A stretch of 63,203 nt of DNA, filler included, from Pelomyxa schiedti (GCA_020536535.1; 12 parts of 12 records of this genome joined end to end with filler, not necessarily neighbours in it); one strand, 5' to 3'. Shown: positions 25,712 through 38,768, numbered from the whole stretch's first letter. Program-made: numbers and translations. The notes: generated from the letters alone by a model not told the origin.

Positions 25712-26431
25712 GGTGCCAAATCCACGTGGTACGGTGCTAAGAATACACTGCTGAACAAAATAAACTACTACAAGTCAATAGATAATATTCATTTCATTTG
25801 TTTTGTCTCTTGAGTGGGGTGTGATTACGGCAATTGTGCCACCGTCGGTGGGTGGTTGTGGGACTCGAAAAATAAAACGAAAATATGTCGTGAGCTAGTT
25901 CTGCAGGGTGGAAAAGGCTGTATGTGATTCCAGCAATGGAGTTGGGAGATTTTGAAGTATAAGGGTAGGGTGTCTCGCACCATGTCAGCATCACGACTAA
26001 TGTTGCCGTGTGTTGATTTCTGGTAAGAGTTTAGTCTAGTAGCAGTGATTGGTGGTCAGGATGACCTGGATAATTGAGGGCTCCGTGCAGGGGCATCATA
26101 CTTTCGATGATGCGGAGGTTGTTCTGAGGTGGGGGTGGTGCCAGTGATCTATCAGGATGCAGATTCTCACGTTGTGCAACTGTGGTTTTTTGGTTTTTTG
26201 ATTTAAAAGGTCAAATTTTGAAAGAGACGAACCACTTTTGCTTTTTTCTCGAGTTTGGGTTTTCTTGCATACCGTATTACCGCTCATACAAGCGACAATG
26301 TTTGCATTAGGAAGCGTGTTCGTTACGATCGCTGTTTTGGGTATTGCCGTCCTCGTACGGTGAGCATCTCTCCATCAATTTTTGCGGTGTTTCCATCGTC
26401 TCGAGACTAACGTTTTTTTTGCAGCCGGGCC

Positions 26432-27029
26432 ATGCCCGCGAGTGCTAGTGCCGCGACCACCAGACGCGCCAGCTACACCCCCGCGAGCCTCCCAGTTGCC
26501 CGCGCCTTCGCCGCTCCGACCAGCAGCTTCGCAGCCGAGCCACGCGTCCCCTCCTCGTACATCGGTGCTCCTCGTCGCGATCCGCTCGGCGGCTGGCCCA
26601 TGCATCCCCTCCTGGGCTTGCACGACCACGACGACCACGACCAGCACCCCCTCGTGCTCGACACTCCCCGCCCCCGCCCCCGCTCCTCCTCGGCGCCGAC
26701 GTGCTCCCCCCTCTCTGCTGGCTTCTCCTCCTCCTCGTGGTCATCCTCGTCGCCCTCCTCTCCCTCGTCGTCGTTGTCTTCGCCTTCCCCGTCATCCTCA
26801 TCATCGTCATGGGCCGCTGTGCCGCACCCGTTTGGATCTGTGGGCAGCGGGGCGGGCACTGGGTGGTGGCGAGCCCTCCCAGAGGAGTGCTACTGGGTCG
26901 CCGCCTACAACGATTCGTTCTGCGCCCCGGGGCGTGACGTTGACTACGTGCCGCCGTGGCTGGCCGACACTCTGTTCTTGGTTGCAGCCCAGTCGGTTGC
27001 TGGCGCAGTGGCTGACGTGCTTTACGAGG
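26432..27029 (+). CDS. Hypothetical protein, 5' exon (Ser-rich), truncated by contig end
   Basis: GC-rich ORF ending at a GT donor followed by a TGTGTTG satellite intron. Confidence 0.4.
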
Positions 27030-27379
27030 TGTGTGTTGTGTGTGTGTGTGTGTTGTGTGTTGTGTATTGTGTGTTGTGTGTTGTGTGTTGTGTGTTGTGT
27101 GTTGTGTGTTGNNNNNNNNNNNNNNNNNNNNNNNNNNNNNNNNNNNNNNNNNNNNTTAATTAATTAANNNNNNNNNNNNNNNNNNNNNNNNNNNNNNNNN
27201 NNNNNNNNNNNTCCTGCAGTTTCGTTTCCCTCTTTGCCTTTCTTCCCGTTTTAATTAAAGCTGCAGGCCTTTTTCGCTATTGTACATTTTGATGTGTTTT
27301 GGTTCAACTCCTTCCTGAACGATGTTGTGCCCCGGATTGATTATGGCCGCCGTGGCGAAGCCACAGATTTCAACAGCCG

Positions 27380-28484
27380 ATGCTGTTTTGCTCTATTTTA
27401 TGTGTCTATCAAATGGTTCCTCTGTGTACAAAACTGCAGCTCTCCAGCAGCTCTCTGGGAATCCAGGAAACGTGTGCAAATGATAAGGAGGGCTCTGTTT
27501 CAGTTGTGAAGTGGTTGTCAGAAAGAGCACCAACACCAACGAGTTGGGAGCATTACGGTATGTTATGCAAGGCATTGAAAAGAGGTGACCTGTGCACTGC
27601 ATCGTGGTTGGAAGATACCTTTCACATCATGAGCCATATCAATTCAGATAGTGAGAGACTGTGTTCAACACTGTCCCTTTTATGCTCCTACTCACAAAAT
27701 GAGAATGGGATAAAGTGGTTCCTTCATCACTCGGCCCTCAACCTCATCCCAGAACCAGTGATTGTGAAAGGCATCAAGCAAACAAAATCACTGAAAACTG
27801 CCATCGTTTTGCTTGAGTCATTTCACATCAATGCATTGAAGTATGAATGGAAGCTGAAATGGTTGACAAGCATGCTGCACAGCGCAGTGTCCATGGGAAT
27901 CAACGCAGTCAAGAACTTGGTTTCATTGATGGGAAAGGATCTCTTCACCAAAGAGGTTGTGGTAAGCGTTCTCACAGGCTTACAGGATAAGTTTGGGTAT
28001 GTTGAGTTTTCCAAGGAGATGATTCGTGAGTTTGACCTTGGGAGCTCACAAGTGAAAGAGAGCTCCAACTTTCTGCTGTTCAATGTGCTTGCCTATGGCA
28101 ACAATTCCACTGCTGACTGGATAGTTCGCTCCTTTGGTGTCACTCTGGAAGAGGTAAATCCGTTTACCCCCCACAACAGACCTTCCATGTCTCACAATCA
28201 GACAGTTCATCACCATGGTATCCGAGTCGTCACATTTTTGTTCAGGCGCAAGAGTTGACCTCGGAACATGGAAGGTGATTGTTGGCCACTTCCCGGGACT
28301 GACAGCATACCACGTTCGGAAGCACATGATGGCAATGGCACTGTCATCACCAGTCACTGCCCAGTTTGTGATGGACACCTTCCCATCAATCACAAAAGGC
28401 GAGTTCACCGAGTGTGCTATCCATGAAGTGGTTTGTCGCATTGAGACCAGAATGTGGCTTGGTCTTTTCCGTAAGAGTACGTAA
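27380..28484 (+). CDS. Divergent ankyrin-like helical repeat protein (partial)
   Basis: VVKWL, KALKRGDLCTASWLEDTFHI, NVLAYGNNSTADWIVRSFGV. Two overlapping ORFs are probably joined by splicing near 28154-28245; the exact phase is unresolved. Confidence 0.5.
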
Positions 28485-28729
28485 TGCTGGGACTCCATTA
28501 CAATCAACTTGGGTCTGTCTTTTTTTGGCTTTGATTTCGCTCTCCTTTTTTGGATTGTTGCTCCGAGCAACTTTATCGAACAACTTTCGAGCGAACACAA
28601 AACTTGCAGTGATGGGGAGACGCAGTGTTGTGTCACTAATTTCGGCCTCTTTTAAGCCCAATCGCCTGCTGGATTTGCATCAAATACAATAACAAAGCAA
28701 AACAAATAAAGAACAACATCCTACCACAA

Positions 28730-29500
28730 ATGCAAGTGGTAATGACCCTCTCTCATTAATTAATTTCCTTATTCTATTCTCATTTTTTACCAACAACAAA
28801 AACCAACAACCAATAGCCAACAGTCAGTGACGAGTGCATCGACGCATTCAAGACACCAAACACACTGGGCGTCATATTCCGAGTGTCATCATCCAGTGAT
28901 GACAATGTGAAGAGAGTCAAGCCCACAGAAGTGATGCCAATTACAACGACGTGGGGCCAGTTCATCAATTCACTCCCTCGTGATGATGTGGCTTGGGCAA
29001 TCATCAACGTTAGATATGGTATCCTACCGATAATCACCCTTTCCTATCCTTCTTGTCATTATGTAGAAATACAAATATACACATACTGGCATAATTATCC
29101 TACTTACTCACTTACCACAGTTACAAGCAATGGTGGGAAAAGGATGAAGCAACTGTGGCTGTCGTGGATTCCAGAGGGATTCCGAAGGGGAAGCACCAAA
29201 GAAACAGTTGCTGTTAAATTCATGACTCCAATGGTGCTCTCAAGCCTCAGGCTCACTTGTGCCGGTATATCCCTTTGACCTTTTTCATACAAACCCAATA
29301 GTAAATCAATTAGTTTTCATTTTCAACTAACTTGCGAATCAACAGGCCACAATCAGCATGGGTTCCACCACCACGCCGGGACCGCTGAGGGTCTCAATGT
29401 CACAGATATTGTGGAGCGTGTGAGCAGGTTTGAAAGGGACCCAATTGACCAGGCTAGTGTCACAGCCTTCGTGAATGGAACCCCTTCATTCACTTCCTGA
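28730..29500 (+). CDS. ADF/cofilin-family actin-binding protein
   Basis: Spliced VSDECIDAF..VIFRV..WGQFINSLPRDDVAWAIINVRY..GKRMKQLWLSWIPE is an ADF-H domain. Confidence 0.8.
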
Positions 29501-30023
29501 ACCAACCCACCCACCAATCATTTTGTAGATAAACAATAACAATGAAGCTTCTTTTGTCCAGAAGCTGTTTGTGCTTTGAGAATGGGACTAAGTGAAAGAA
29601 TTCCTGATTTTTAACTTGAGTGCCTTAACAAAAGACACTTACTGTACTTTTTGTAGTTGCATGACTACACATGAATAATCGAAAACTAAATTATCCCTTT
29701 GGTGTTAAGTGTGTGTTGGTTGTGGTCACCAACACTATGTTGGGTCATAAGCAGGGTGGAAATTGTTGCTATTCGGTGGTGGACGCAATTGGCGTGGGGA
29801 AGTCAAGTCAATTTGCCTGCCGAGTCACAGTTGTCACCCAACATCTTTGCATCAAACTAGTTACTTCGAGTAGCTTAGATTTCTGGTAAGTGATTAGCTG
29901 TGGTTGGTAGGTCCGAATTACCTNNNNNNNNNNNNNNNNNNNNNNNNNNNNNNNNNNNNNNNNNNNNTTAATTAATTAANNNNNNNNNNNNNNNNNNNNN
30001 NNNNNNNNNNNNNNNNNNNNNNN

Positions 30024-30658
30024 TGAAGGCCCCAGTGGTTTCTTCAACCATGAGAACTTCCCCACTAAATGACAAAATGAACACATTGATGCCATTTTTC
30101 CTCCTCATACAGAGATGTGCACACAAGCCATTAGAGACTGGAATGGTGAGGTTTGTGGAGCTCACAATTACTGGTGCCTTTGTTTCAAAAGTGAGTGGGA
30201 GATTGATGACCTGGATCAGAAATGATACTTGGTTGCCACCTACAGACAGAGATTTGGACGCTTTGGAGGATTGAACAGACAAAAGTTGTTCAGCATTTGA
30301 GTGGTTTAAACTAATACACCAAGTCTTGAATGCAGAGGAAAACCGCATTATAACACTCCTCGTGGGCATCTCTCTCATGTTTGACACACTTAATAGCGGA
30401 TCCTGCCCGGAGTAGTAATCAGTGGAAACCAACCACCGATCATTCACATCGCACTGGATAACTCTCCTCCCCAACTTTGTCACTCCCCCAGTGACCAAGT
30501 TCATTACTCTGCAGTGGTCCTTGTCCAAGTAGTGGTTCTCGTCCAGCATGTGTTTTTCCCATTCCACGTGAAATTTGCTGGTGACGTCACCAATGACGCC
30601 AGATGTCAGGGGTGAGACGCCAAACGCCAGAACGTGGGAGCACTCTCCAAAATCAAAA
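30024..30658 (-). other. Misplaced scaffold piece: middle of the family gene at 34539-35430
   Basis: 30024-30144 is identical to 34904-35024, and 30538-30658 is identical to 35125-35245. Confidence 0.9.
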
Positions 30659-30771
30659 NNNNNNNNNNNNNNNNNNNNNNNNNNNNNNNNNNNNNNNNNN
30701 NNNNNNNNNNNNNNNNNNNNNNNNNNNNNNNNNNNNNNNNNNNNNNNNNNNNNNNNNNTCTTTTTCTTAGG

Positions 30772-31260
30772 TGCTAAACTAAAGTGGAAAGAATTTGTCT
30801 CTAAATTGCCATCGATTGGGCCAAAGACCAGGCATACCTCTATCTAGTCTTCTTAAATGTAATTCCCATTCAGCCCAGGGGCTGCAACCCCAACAAGAAC
30901 TGCAGCACCATTAAGTTCTGCGGCATCGTCTCGAATTACCACAGCAGCAGCATCAGCATCAGCAGCTCCGGCGCCGCTACCTCCCACCGACACATCCTCA
31001 TCAACTACAAAGCCAACTGATACTGAGGAAGTTGTTGTATTTGATAGCTCTCTAACCAAAAGAGCCGTTGACACAAAGCATGGAAATTCCGCAGCAACTC
31101 TTGATTCTCCACCACCGCTTCCCCCGCCCTCCGCAGCCAGTGCCTTTATGGATAGTGATGATGAGGACACGGGAACTGAACACTCAAACCTAAGTATGGC
31201 AAAGCTCTCCGCACATTGTTGACTTACCAAATACAATAGTTGACAGAACAAAATACCCCA
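30772..31260 (+). CDS. 3' exons of an unknown low-complexity protein
   Basis: AKLKWKEFVSKLP..KT|SPGAATPT..DSDDED, joined by a GC-AG intron at 30832-30873. Confidence 0.4.
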
Positions 31261-31374
31261 AGTCTGAAACAAAGAAAGACTTATAAACTGTAATTGATAT
31301 AGAAAATGAAGGTTTTCATGTACATTTGTTGCATTCTAGAACGCCTTTTTTTTGTTTGTATTTGCCAAGTATTT

Positions 31375-33308
31375 TTATAAAAAGAACACAATGAACAGTA
31401 TGATAAATAGCACCAATACGGAAAACACCTTTACAGCGAGCCATTTATTGCTGGAGACTCTTTTTTCCGCTTTGACAATTTCCCTATGAGCCACATCAAC
31501 GTTGTGGCTCGCCTCGTCCACCCGCTCATCAATCCTTAATATGAAAAGGTTATTATCACCAATAACACAAACACAAATTAATTTATAAAGCATAGACACA
31601 CCTTTTCACATATTCGTCCTGTTCAGCAACCAGCTGAGCCACTTGATGGAACATGGACTGAAGCTGAACAAGTGTGGTTTCTATCTGCCTAACAGCTTGT
31701 GTGCGTGATTCTAGGTAAGTGTCCCTATGTCTAACCATTGCCTGAACAGCAAGGCCCCCTCCCTCAACGTCCACAGAAGTTGGTGTAGCTGTTGTTGATC
31801 CAGTGGCCAGGTTCTCTATGTCCTCAGGTGCAGTGGATCCTCGGGAGAGTGATGATGGAATTGGTCTTTTAGGGGCACGGGATACTTCGGGCTGTATTGT
31901 GATTGCAACAGAATCTCTACTGAATGAGTGAGATGAATGGGGGATGGAAATTAGGTTCAAACCCGGTGGTGGGTGTTGTGGTGTCTGAAGTTCTGTATAA
32001 AAGAGAGTCGGCTGGATGGAAGAGTAATTAATTTTTGGAACTGCATCATTGAGTGCACACCGCGGTTCTCAAAAGTTGGGGTGGAGCCGAGCAATTTATG
32101 TTTCCGTTCTTGCTGTTGCTGAATGTTCTGGGTAAAGGTAAGTTTAATGTGGGAGTGAAGAGAGAAGGGCACCTTAGTCCGTGCATTAAGTACTTCTTTG
32201 AATTCATTAGTCGCCTTTTGTAAAGCTAGCTGGAAGAAGGCAACAATTTTGTCCGAGTGCTCTTGGGCAGTGTATTTTGAGAGAGGTTGAGGAGAGGTTT
32301 TCGGTTCCATGTTGCGTTTTTGTCTGTTGAGTTCCGCCTCTTTTTTTAGAAGGTCCAATTCTTGGCTTAATCTCATAACATCCTTCGTGATCACGATATT
32401 AGCATTAACATGAGGAGGAAAAAAGAATACTTCATTGACTTCAGCAGTGAGCCGACTGATTTGCGGAGCGAGTGTGGATTCATCAAATAGAGATTTGGAC
32501 TTGGCCGCTTGCATACATTAGATGGAATAGAACAAGAGTGAAGGTCAGTAACACCTTCAGTGAGTTGACACAGCTTCTGTGACGTGATATGAATGTCACG
32601 CCCCATTTGAGCAGCGATAATTGCAAATCGTGATTTTGCAGTGGGGCCGGATTCCTCAACAATGACCACTCCTGTTCACACCAAAGGTTAATTAATGTCA
32701 ATGCTTACGAGTAAGTGTTTTTGACTTGTATTTCCTATTATTAGTCGTAGTTGTACTGGCCAATAACGGCGGAGGGGTAGGTGGGTGGATAGTGTTGGTA
32801 TACTTTTTGGGGCAGCAGCACTCCTCGCCGCCGCAGCCGCCGCCGCCCGCACAGCCTGGCTGAAGTCACCTGTCCTGTCCACGCACGCCACAACCCCGAC
32901 ACCCCCACCACCACCAGCACCACCCATCATCGACGAGGCGCCCACTGTCGCCCCCCATGCCCATGCACCACCATTCCCTGTGCTCCCCCCCAACCCCATG
33001 CCCAGGCCCATCGCACCACTGCTCCCCGTCCCCGTCCCCGACCCCGACCCCGTCCCTGTTACTACTGTACCCGACGACGACGACGACGACGACGAGGCTG
33101 TGCGCTGGTGGCGCGGCTGGCTACTGCTCGTCGTGCCCGTGGTGGTGGCGGCGGCGGCGGGGGGCAGCGCGTTGTCGTCCCCGTAGTAGTAGCACACAAC
33201 GCCCCCTCCATCGTCGTAGCCTGCGCCAACCCCCGCAGACGACGACGACGACGCGTACTGTGTAGTTGTAGTGGCTGTAACCGTGGTGGTGGTGGTGGTG
33301 GATGACAT
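31375..33308 (-). CDS. STX5: Syntaxin-5 (Sed5) Qa-SNARE
   Basis: VDRTGDF (RDRTxEF-like), KSKSLFDE, HSDKIV..FKEVL..RT, SNARE motif IETTLVQLQSMFHQVAQLVAEQ..RID, and SSNKWLAVKVF + TM. Confidence 0.93.
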
Positions 33309-33535
33309 GTACTAGAAGTAGTGACTGGGCGTTTATTATTATTAAATCGAAAAGAGTGATGGCTTCGCTCCACTAGATCCAGTCTTTTAGGTTTTCGTTC
33401 GAACGAGTGTTTGTTGGATCGTTGTTCCTTGCCGTAGAGCTTGGGGTGTACGGGTGTTGATCGTGGACCACAGGAGATTGTTGTGGTGCTGTCACACCGC
33501 TTTGTGCCACAGCATGCGGGAGAATAGAATTCTAT

Positions 33536-34486
33536 CTACAGAACGTCGTGGTAGTAGGCATCCTCCAGGACCCTGAGGGCGTCGCCGACGTCGCAGCGCA
33601 GGGCCGCGAGGCCGCCGAGGGCCCCGCCCCTGGCTTTCTCGAACTCGCGCCTGGCGGCCTCGTTGCTGGCTGCCAGCGCCCCGTAGTCCCGCATCAGCGC
33701 CGCGTGCCGCAGCTCGAACACCACGCGCAGCAGCGACTGCGACGCGGTGGCGATGGACGACGCGGCGCGGTGCAGCTGCAGGGCGTCGCGGGCCGTGGCC
33801 ACGTCCGCCCCCGACGGCAGCAGCTCGTTCTGCGCCGCCGCCCGGATGCTCGCGTAGTCCATCAGCGAAGACGACGACGCGGAGCTAGGGGGGTCCAGCG
33901 ACGAAGAGGCCGCGCCCCCGGGGGAGAGGGAGAGGGACTGGGACATGGATGCGGTGGAAGGGGGAGCGAGAGGGGCCTGAGTGCTGCTGGCGGAAGGCGG
34001 CCCCCTTGGCTCCTCTATGACCTGGACGTCCGGGTCCTCGTCCGCGTCTACATCCACCACGGAGGAGGAGGTAGGGGGCACAACGGACGAGACTGTGGCT
34101 TGTTGCGAGTCCATGGCGTCGCCCGTACTTGTTGTCGTAGTCGTCGTGGCATCCCCGCTTGCCGCCGATGTAGTTGCCGCCGAGGAGGAGGAAGAGGAAG
34201 AGGGGGCAGGGGGGGGCGGGCCGCAGGGGGGGAGCTCGGGGCCGTAGGCGGAGCGGATGGGGAGGGCGTCGAGGACGTCGACGTAGGCGGAGACCAGGCG
34301 CTTGCACTCGGCGTCCACGCGGCGGCGCCAGTCCATGACCGACGAGGACGTGGCGGCGGGGGCGACCGCGGGCGGCGCGGCCCTGGGCACCCCCGCGACG
34401 CCGTGGTAGTGCTGCGGCTGCTGCTGCTGCTGTTGCTGCTGTGTCGGGGCGGGGCCCCCAACGCGTGTCATGCCGCCCGGGCGCAT
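33536..34486 (-). CDS. MED22: Mediator subunit Med22 with a long Ser/Pro/Thr insertion
   Basis: RRVDAECKRLVSAYVDVL ... HRAASSIATASQSLLRVVFELR..LMRDY ... LEDAYY match the Med22 blocks. Confidence 0.85.
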   Translation of the reverse strand: MRPGGMTRVGGPAPTQQQQQQQQPQHYHGVAGVPRAAPPAVAPAATSSSVMDWRRRVDAECKRLVSAYVDVLDALPIRSAYGPELPPCGPPPPAPSSSSSSSAATTSAASGDATTTTTTSTGDAMDSQQATVSSVVPPTSSSVVDVDADEDPDVQVIEEPRGPPSASSTQAPLAPPSTASMSQSLSLSPGGAASSSLDPPSSASSSSLMDYASIRAAAQNELLPSGADVATARDALQLHRAASSIATASQSLLRVVFELRHAALMRDYGALAASNEAARREFEKARGGALGGLAALRCDVGDALRVLEDAYYHDVL

Positions 34487-34538
34487 CGTTCTGCTTTATG
34501 GGAAACAGAAAGAGGATGATCAAGGTCGGTTTTTCTTC

Positions 34539-35430
34539 TCAGGAGAGAGATGTGGAGTGGAGGCTCTTGAAAAGAACTTTGGTGGATCCTGGTGCAAATT
34601 GGAGTGAGATAACAACAGTCCCTGTTGTTGCCTCTTCTACTGTGGTCCTTATGATAACTCCCTTTTTCCAACCACCCAAGTTGAAGTGCTTGAAGAAGAA
34701 ACCTGATTCGGCCTTCCACTGATAGATTCCATCATTCTGTTGCACCACTCTCAGTGGCTTATCCACCTTGTTGCAGTCCCAGAACTCAACACTGACCTGA
34801 ACTCGCTCGGGTTTGACAATTGTGGATGACACCAGGAAAATACTACAGTCTTGCTGTAATAGGAATACAAAAGTACCGTGGTCCTGATGCAAGCACAAAG
34901 GAGTGAAGGCCCCAGTGGTTTCTTCAACCATGAGAACTTCCCCACTAAATGACAAAATGAACACATTGATGCCATTTTTCCTCCTCATACAGAGATGTGC
35001 ACACAAGCCATTAGAGACTGGAATNNNNNNNNNNNNNNNNNNNNNNNNNNNNNNNNNNNNNNNNNNNNNNNNNNNNNNNNNNNNNNNNNNNNNNNNNNNN
35101 NNNNNNNNNNNNNNNNNNNNNNNNCTCGTCCAGCATGTGTTTTTCCCATTCCACGTGAAATTTGCTGGTGACGTCACCAATGACGCCAGATGTCAGGGGT
35201 GAGACGCCAAACGCCAGAACGTGGGAGCACTCTCCAAAATCAAAAGTGTGCAGGGTGGACACAACCGCGTAGCGGCGCGGCGTGGTCGTGATGTCCCATA
35301 ATTGCCTCGCGAGGGACGGGTTGCGGCACAATGGATGTGCGGGGCTCTCGTGCCCGCACCGAACTTGCCCTGACATCAAGAAGGCAAGGAACTGATCCGA
35401 AACTCTAAGCAACACCCCGACCGTTGCCAT
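34539..35430 (-). CDS. RCGxxSP-family protein, member 1 (gap filled by 30145-30537)
   Basis: DQFLAFLMSGQVRCGHESPAHPL..LW, FGVSPLT, VEETTG, FWDCNKVDKPLR. Intronless. Confidence 0.8.
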
Positions 35431-35499
35431 CACAGAAAAAAAAAAAGGCAAGACTTTTGATTGATTAGCGGAAAGATCATTGTTTCAGAGGACGGTTTC

Positions 35500-36890
35500 T
35501 CAGGGTGCATACGAAAAGAGCTTGGTTATTTTGATGCACTCAGACGGAGGAAACTGGATGGAGAGCACATTATGACCTTCTGGAATTGCATCAGACACAG
35601 TGATTCTTCTGATTCCCTCTTCTGGTCCTGACAGTTTGGACACCTTGAAGGAAAAGCCAGAATCAGAAATCCATTGGCACAGATCCCGCTTCATCACAGT
35701 CCTCAGTGGCTTGGCTGTATTGTTGCAGTCCCAGAATTCGGCACAGAAAATTACCGTGTTGTAAGAGATCAAGAAAATCCTGCTATCTTGCTGCGACAAC
35801 AGTGGTGATGCTTCCTTGGATACACAGGCGCATTTCCCAGTGGTTTCTTCTGCCACCAGCACTCTACTGCCAGTAGCAAAGGAAGATACAAAAACGATCA
35901 CATTTGTGCCGTTTTCCTTTCTCATGCAAATAACACAATCCACTGAGCGAGGACGTCCAATGTGAGTTTTGACTCTTGTGGAGCTCACAATTGCTGGCTG
36001 TTTCGTTTCCAACGTCGTCCTGAGGTCGAGGACTTGAATCACAAATACAGGTTGGTAACCATCACGAAGGCCAACAACCACGGCCTGCTCCTCTGGGTCC
36101 AAGCTATTGAACCCAATCCAGGATATACCCTCAACTGAGAGTCTAATCAGTGGTGCCTTGAGTGAAATTTCTCCCACCTTCATAACAACAAAAGCTGAGC
36201 CTGTACTGGGTCCACACAGGTTGGCATGTCCCGCCGCAATCAGCCACTTGTTGTTTGCCAAACACTTTCCAATTATCATGGTCCATAAAAAATTGGCCCC
36301 TTGACCAGTTTCCAAATCGGTGATCGTTGACCGCCGCCGATCGAAGCAGTGCCTTTCGTCGAGCATGGCTATTGGCCTGCAGTTGCCTGTGACCTCACCA
36401 ACCGTGCTCAGCACAAGGGGCGACACGGCAAAAGTAAACGTGAAATAATGGGATGTGTCTGTGCCGTCGCACGCCGATAGCACCATCACGAATTTGCGTG
36501 GGGTGAAGGTGCACAACTCCCACAATTGGCAAGGGAGGGAGGCGTTGCGGCCACAAAGGGTGCGCGCTGGGCTCCGCTGCCCACACCGCTCGTGGCTAGA
36601 CATCATGAAAGCGTGAAATTGATCACGGGCACGCAAAGGNNNNNNNNNNNNNNNNNNNNNNNNNNNNNNNNNNNNNNNNNNNNNNNNNNNNNNNNNNNNN
36701 NNNNNNNNNNNNNNNNNNNNNNNNNNNNNNNNNNNNNNNCCCACAATTGGCAAGGGAGGGAGGCGTTGCGGCCACAAAGGGTGCGCGCTGGGCTCCGCTG
36801 CCCACACCGCTCGTGGCTAGACATCATGAAAGCGTGAAATTGATCACGGGCACGCAAAGGCGACAGCGAAAACAAAGGTCCCTGGCTCAT
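35500..36890 (-). CDS. RCGxxSP-family protein, member 2 (false gap; 36519-36639 = 36740-36860)
   Basis: ARDQFHAFMMSSHERCGQRSPARTL..LW, FAVSPLV, NNKWLI, FWDCNNTAKPLR. Confidence 0.85.
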
Positions 36891-37260
36891 TGAACAACGA
36901 CCGTTGAACTTCCCAGTCCTTCCTTTTGTGTGCGATTCGTTGAACCGTTGAAATCAAGATGAGGCTGATGGAATTCGGTGATGATCTGGAACACTGAATA
37001 TATTCTTGCACACGTGCAACCCCATGCACAATAACAACAAGAGAACCTTTCTTCATTTCCCTTCGTTCTTTTCACTTAACTTTCAATCCCACACAAGTAA
37101 GATGATGTGTCTGCCTTTGGGATGGACCTGAGAGAAAGGAGTAGCATCGCCGGACAAGTCCCAATAGCAAGAGGACTCCCTCTGTTGGAGCTTCAGTGTC
37201 TGGCCTTGGATTCCCGCCCAGAACATACTCCAACATCTCAAGTACAACAAAGAAACAAAT

Positions 37261-38460
37261 TTATGACACGTTACATGGTGAGTGTGGCTCTTTTCTCTCA
37301 CAGTGGGAGGAATGACTCCTGTGAGTTCCAGACGATAATAGCCTCTCTATTCTGATGTAGTCATTTGGGGGAAACTTCAGTGAGAGAACATGAGTCCCAG
37401 AGGTTCCCTCCTCAACATCCAGGCATGTGCCCAAAACCTTGAAGAAAAAGCCACCGGCAGCAATCCATTCATAAACACCTCGTTGTTGCACGACTCTGAG
37501 TGGTTTTGATGTGTTGTTGCAGTCCCAGAACTGAGCACAGCAAGTATCTGGAGTGTTCGGGATGGAGAAAGAAACCAAGAACACCCGGTCATCTTGCTGT
37601 GACAATGAAGACATCCTTGCCTTTGATACACAGGTGGCAGTGCCAGTGGTTTCTTCCACCAGGAGGATTTCATTGCCACTAGAAAAAGAAAATGGCACAA
37701 CGAACACATTGGTGCCATTTTCCCTCCTCATGCATAGAAGGGGGGATTCCAGGAAGCGAGAAGGGTGATCTCTGAGAAATGACACCGGTGTGGAGCTCAC
37801 AATTTCCATGCTCTTCATTTCAAAAGTGAGCGCCATGTTGACCAGTTGAATAAGTACCGCGATTCCATAATCGCCATACTCAAGAGTCTCCACCACCACA
37901 GCCTCTTCCTCTGGATTTGAGCTGTTGAATCCCATCCAATAGATATGATGCGACAAACGAATAGGAGGTATCTCCAGTGGAAGTTGTCCCACCTTGGCCA
38001 CAACAAACGAACTATCACTGCACCCACAAGCAACCAGCCACTTGCGATTGGCCACACAGTTTTGGATTGCAAAGGGAACTTTACAAGCCTTGCCAGTAAC
38101 AACGTCCGTGATAATAGAGTTGAACCTCAAGTGTCTACCATCAACGGTGACGTCCTCCCGCCTGCAGCAGTTGCTAGTTACGTCACCCACAACTCCGAGT
38201 GTCAGTCCTGAGACGCCAAACGCGACTGAGCGGTATTCAGACACACAGCCCCACTCAGTTCCTGTGCGGGGTGTGCCATGTTCGGTGACGACCACCACAA
38301 ACTTATGGGTGGTGAGCGCGACCATGTCCCATAATTGCCTGACGAGGGACGGCCCGGCGCACATGACGCGTGCGGGGCTCCGCCGACCGCATCGGCAGTG
38401 GCCCGACAGCAGAAATGCGTGGAATTGATCTCTAGCAAGCAGAGGAACGACCGCTTTCAT
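37261..38460 (-). CDS. RCGxxSP-family protein, member 3 (399 aa, intronless)
   Basis: ARDQFHAFLLSGHCRCGRRSPARVM..LW, NRKWLV, VEETTG, FWDCNNTSKPLR. Confidence 0.88.
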   Translation of the reverse strand: MKAVVPLLARDQFHAFLLSGHCRCGRRSPARVMCAGPSLVRQLWDMVALTTHKFVVVVTEHGTPRTGTEWGCVSEYRSVAFGVSGLTLGVVGDVTSNCCRREDVTVDGRHLRFNSIITDVVTGKACKVPFAIQNCVANRKWLVACGCSDSSFVVAKVGQLPLEIPPIRLSHHIYWMGFNSSNPEEEAVVVETLEYGDYGIAVLIQLVNMALTFEMKSMEIVSSTPVSFLRDHPSRFLESPLLCMRRENGTNVFVVPFSFSSGNEILLVEETTGTATCVSKARMSSLSQQDDRVFLVSFSIPNTPDTCCAQFWDCNNTSKPLRVVQQRGVYEWIAAGGFFFKVLGTCLDVEEGTSGTHVLSLKFPPNDYIRIERLLSSGTHRSHSSHCERKEPHSPCNVS

Positions 38461-38768
38461 TTTTCAACGAAATAGACAACAGATTTGTTTTCTCTGGTGA
38501 CAAAAACTGTACAGGGGTTGGTCATGCATGAAAGGTCCAGCAATAAAATTACGAGAGCAAGTTAGAGGCCCAGCCCAGTACTGAGAGGTAGGGGTTGGCT
38601 TGAAACAGGTTGACTTGGAATGGGTTTTGGCCTTGCCCAAAGAGAATGGTTGCATAAGTTACTGTGATGGACTCTTTGAGCCCTGGACATACATCTATCA
38701 TGGCAAGGCAGCCCCCTTTTGGTGTGTAGTGTTAGGTGGGACTGCTACATAGGTGAGGATGCTGTGGA

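Noticed and set aside
30024-30658. Additional family paralog
   Set aside because: It is the gap-filling middle of the gene at 34539-35430.
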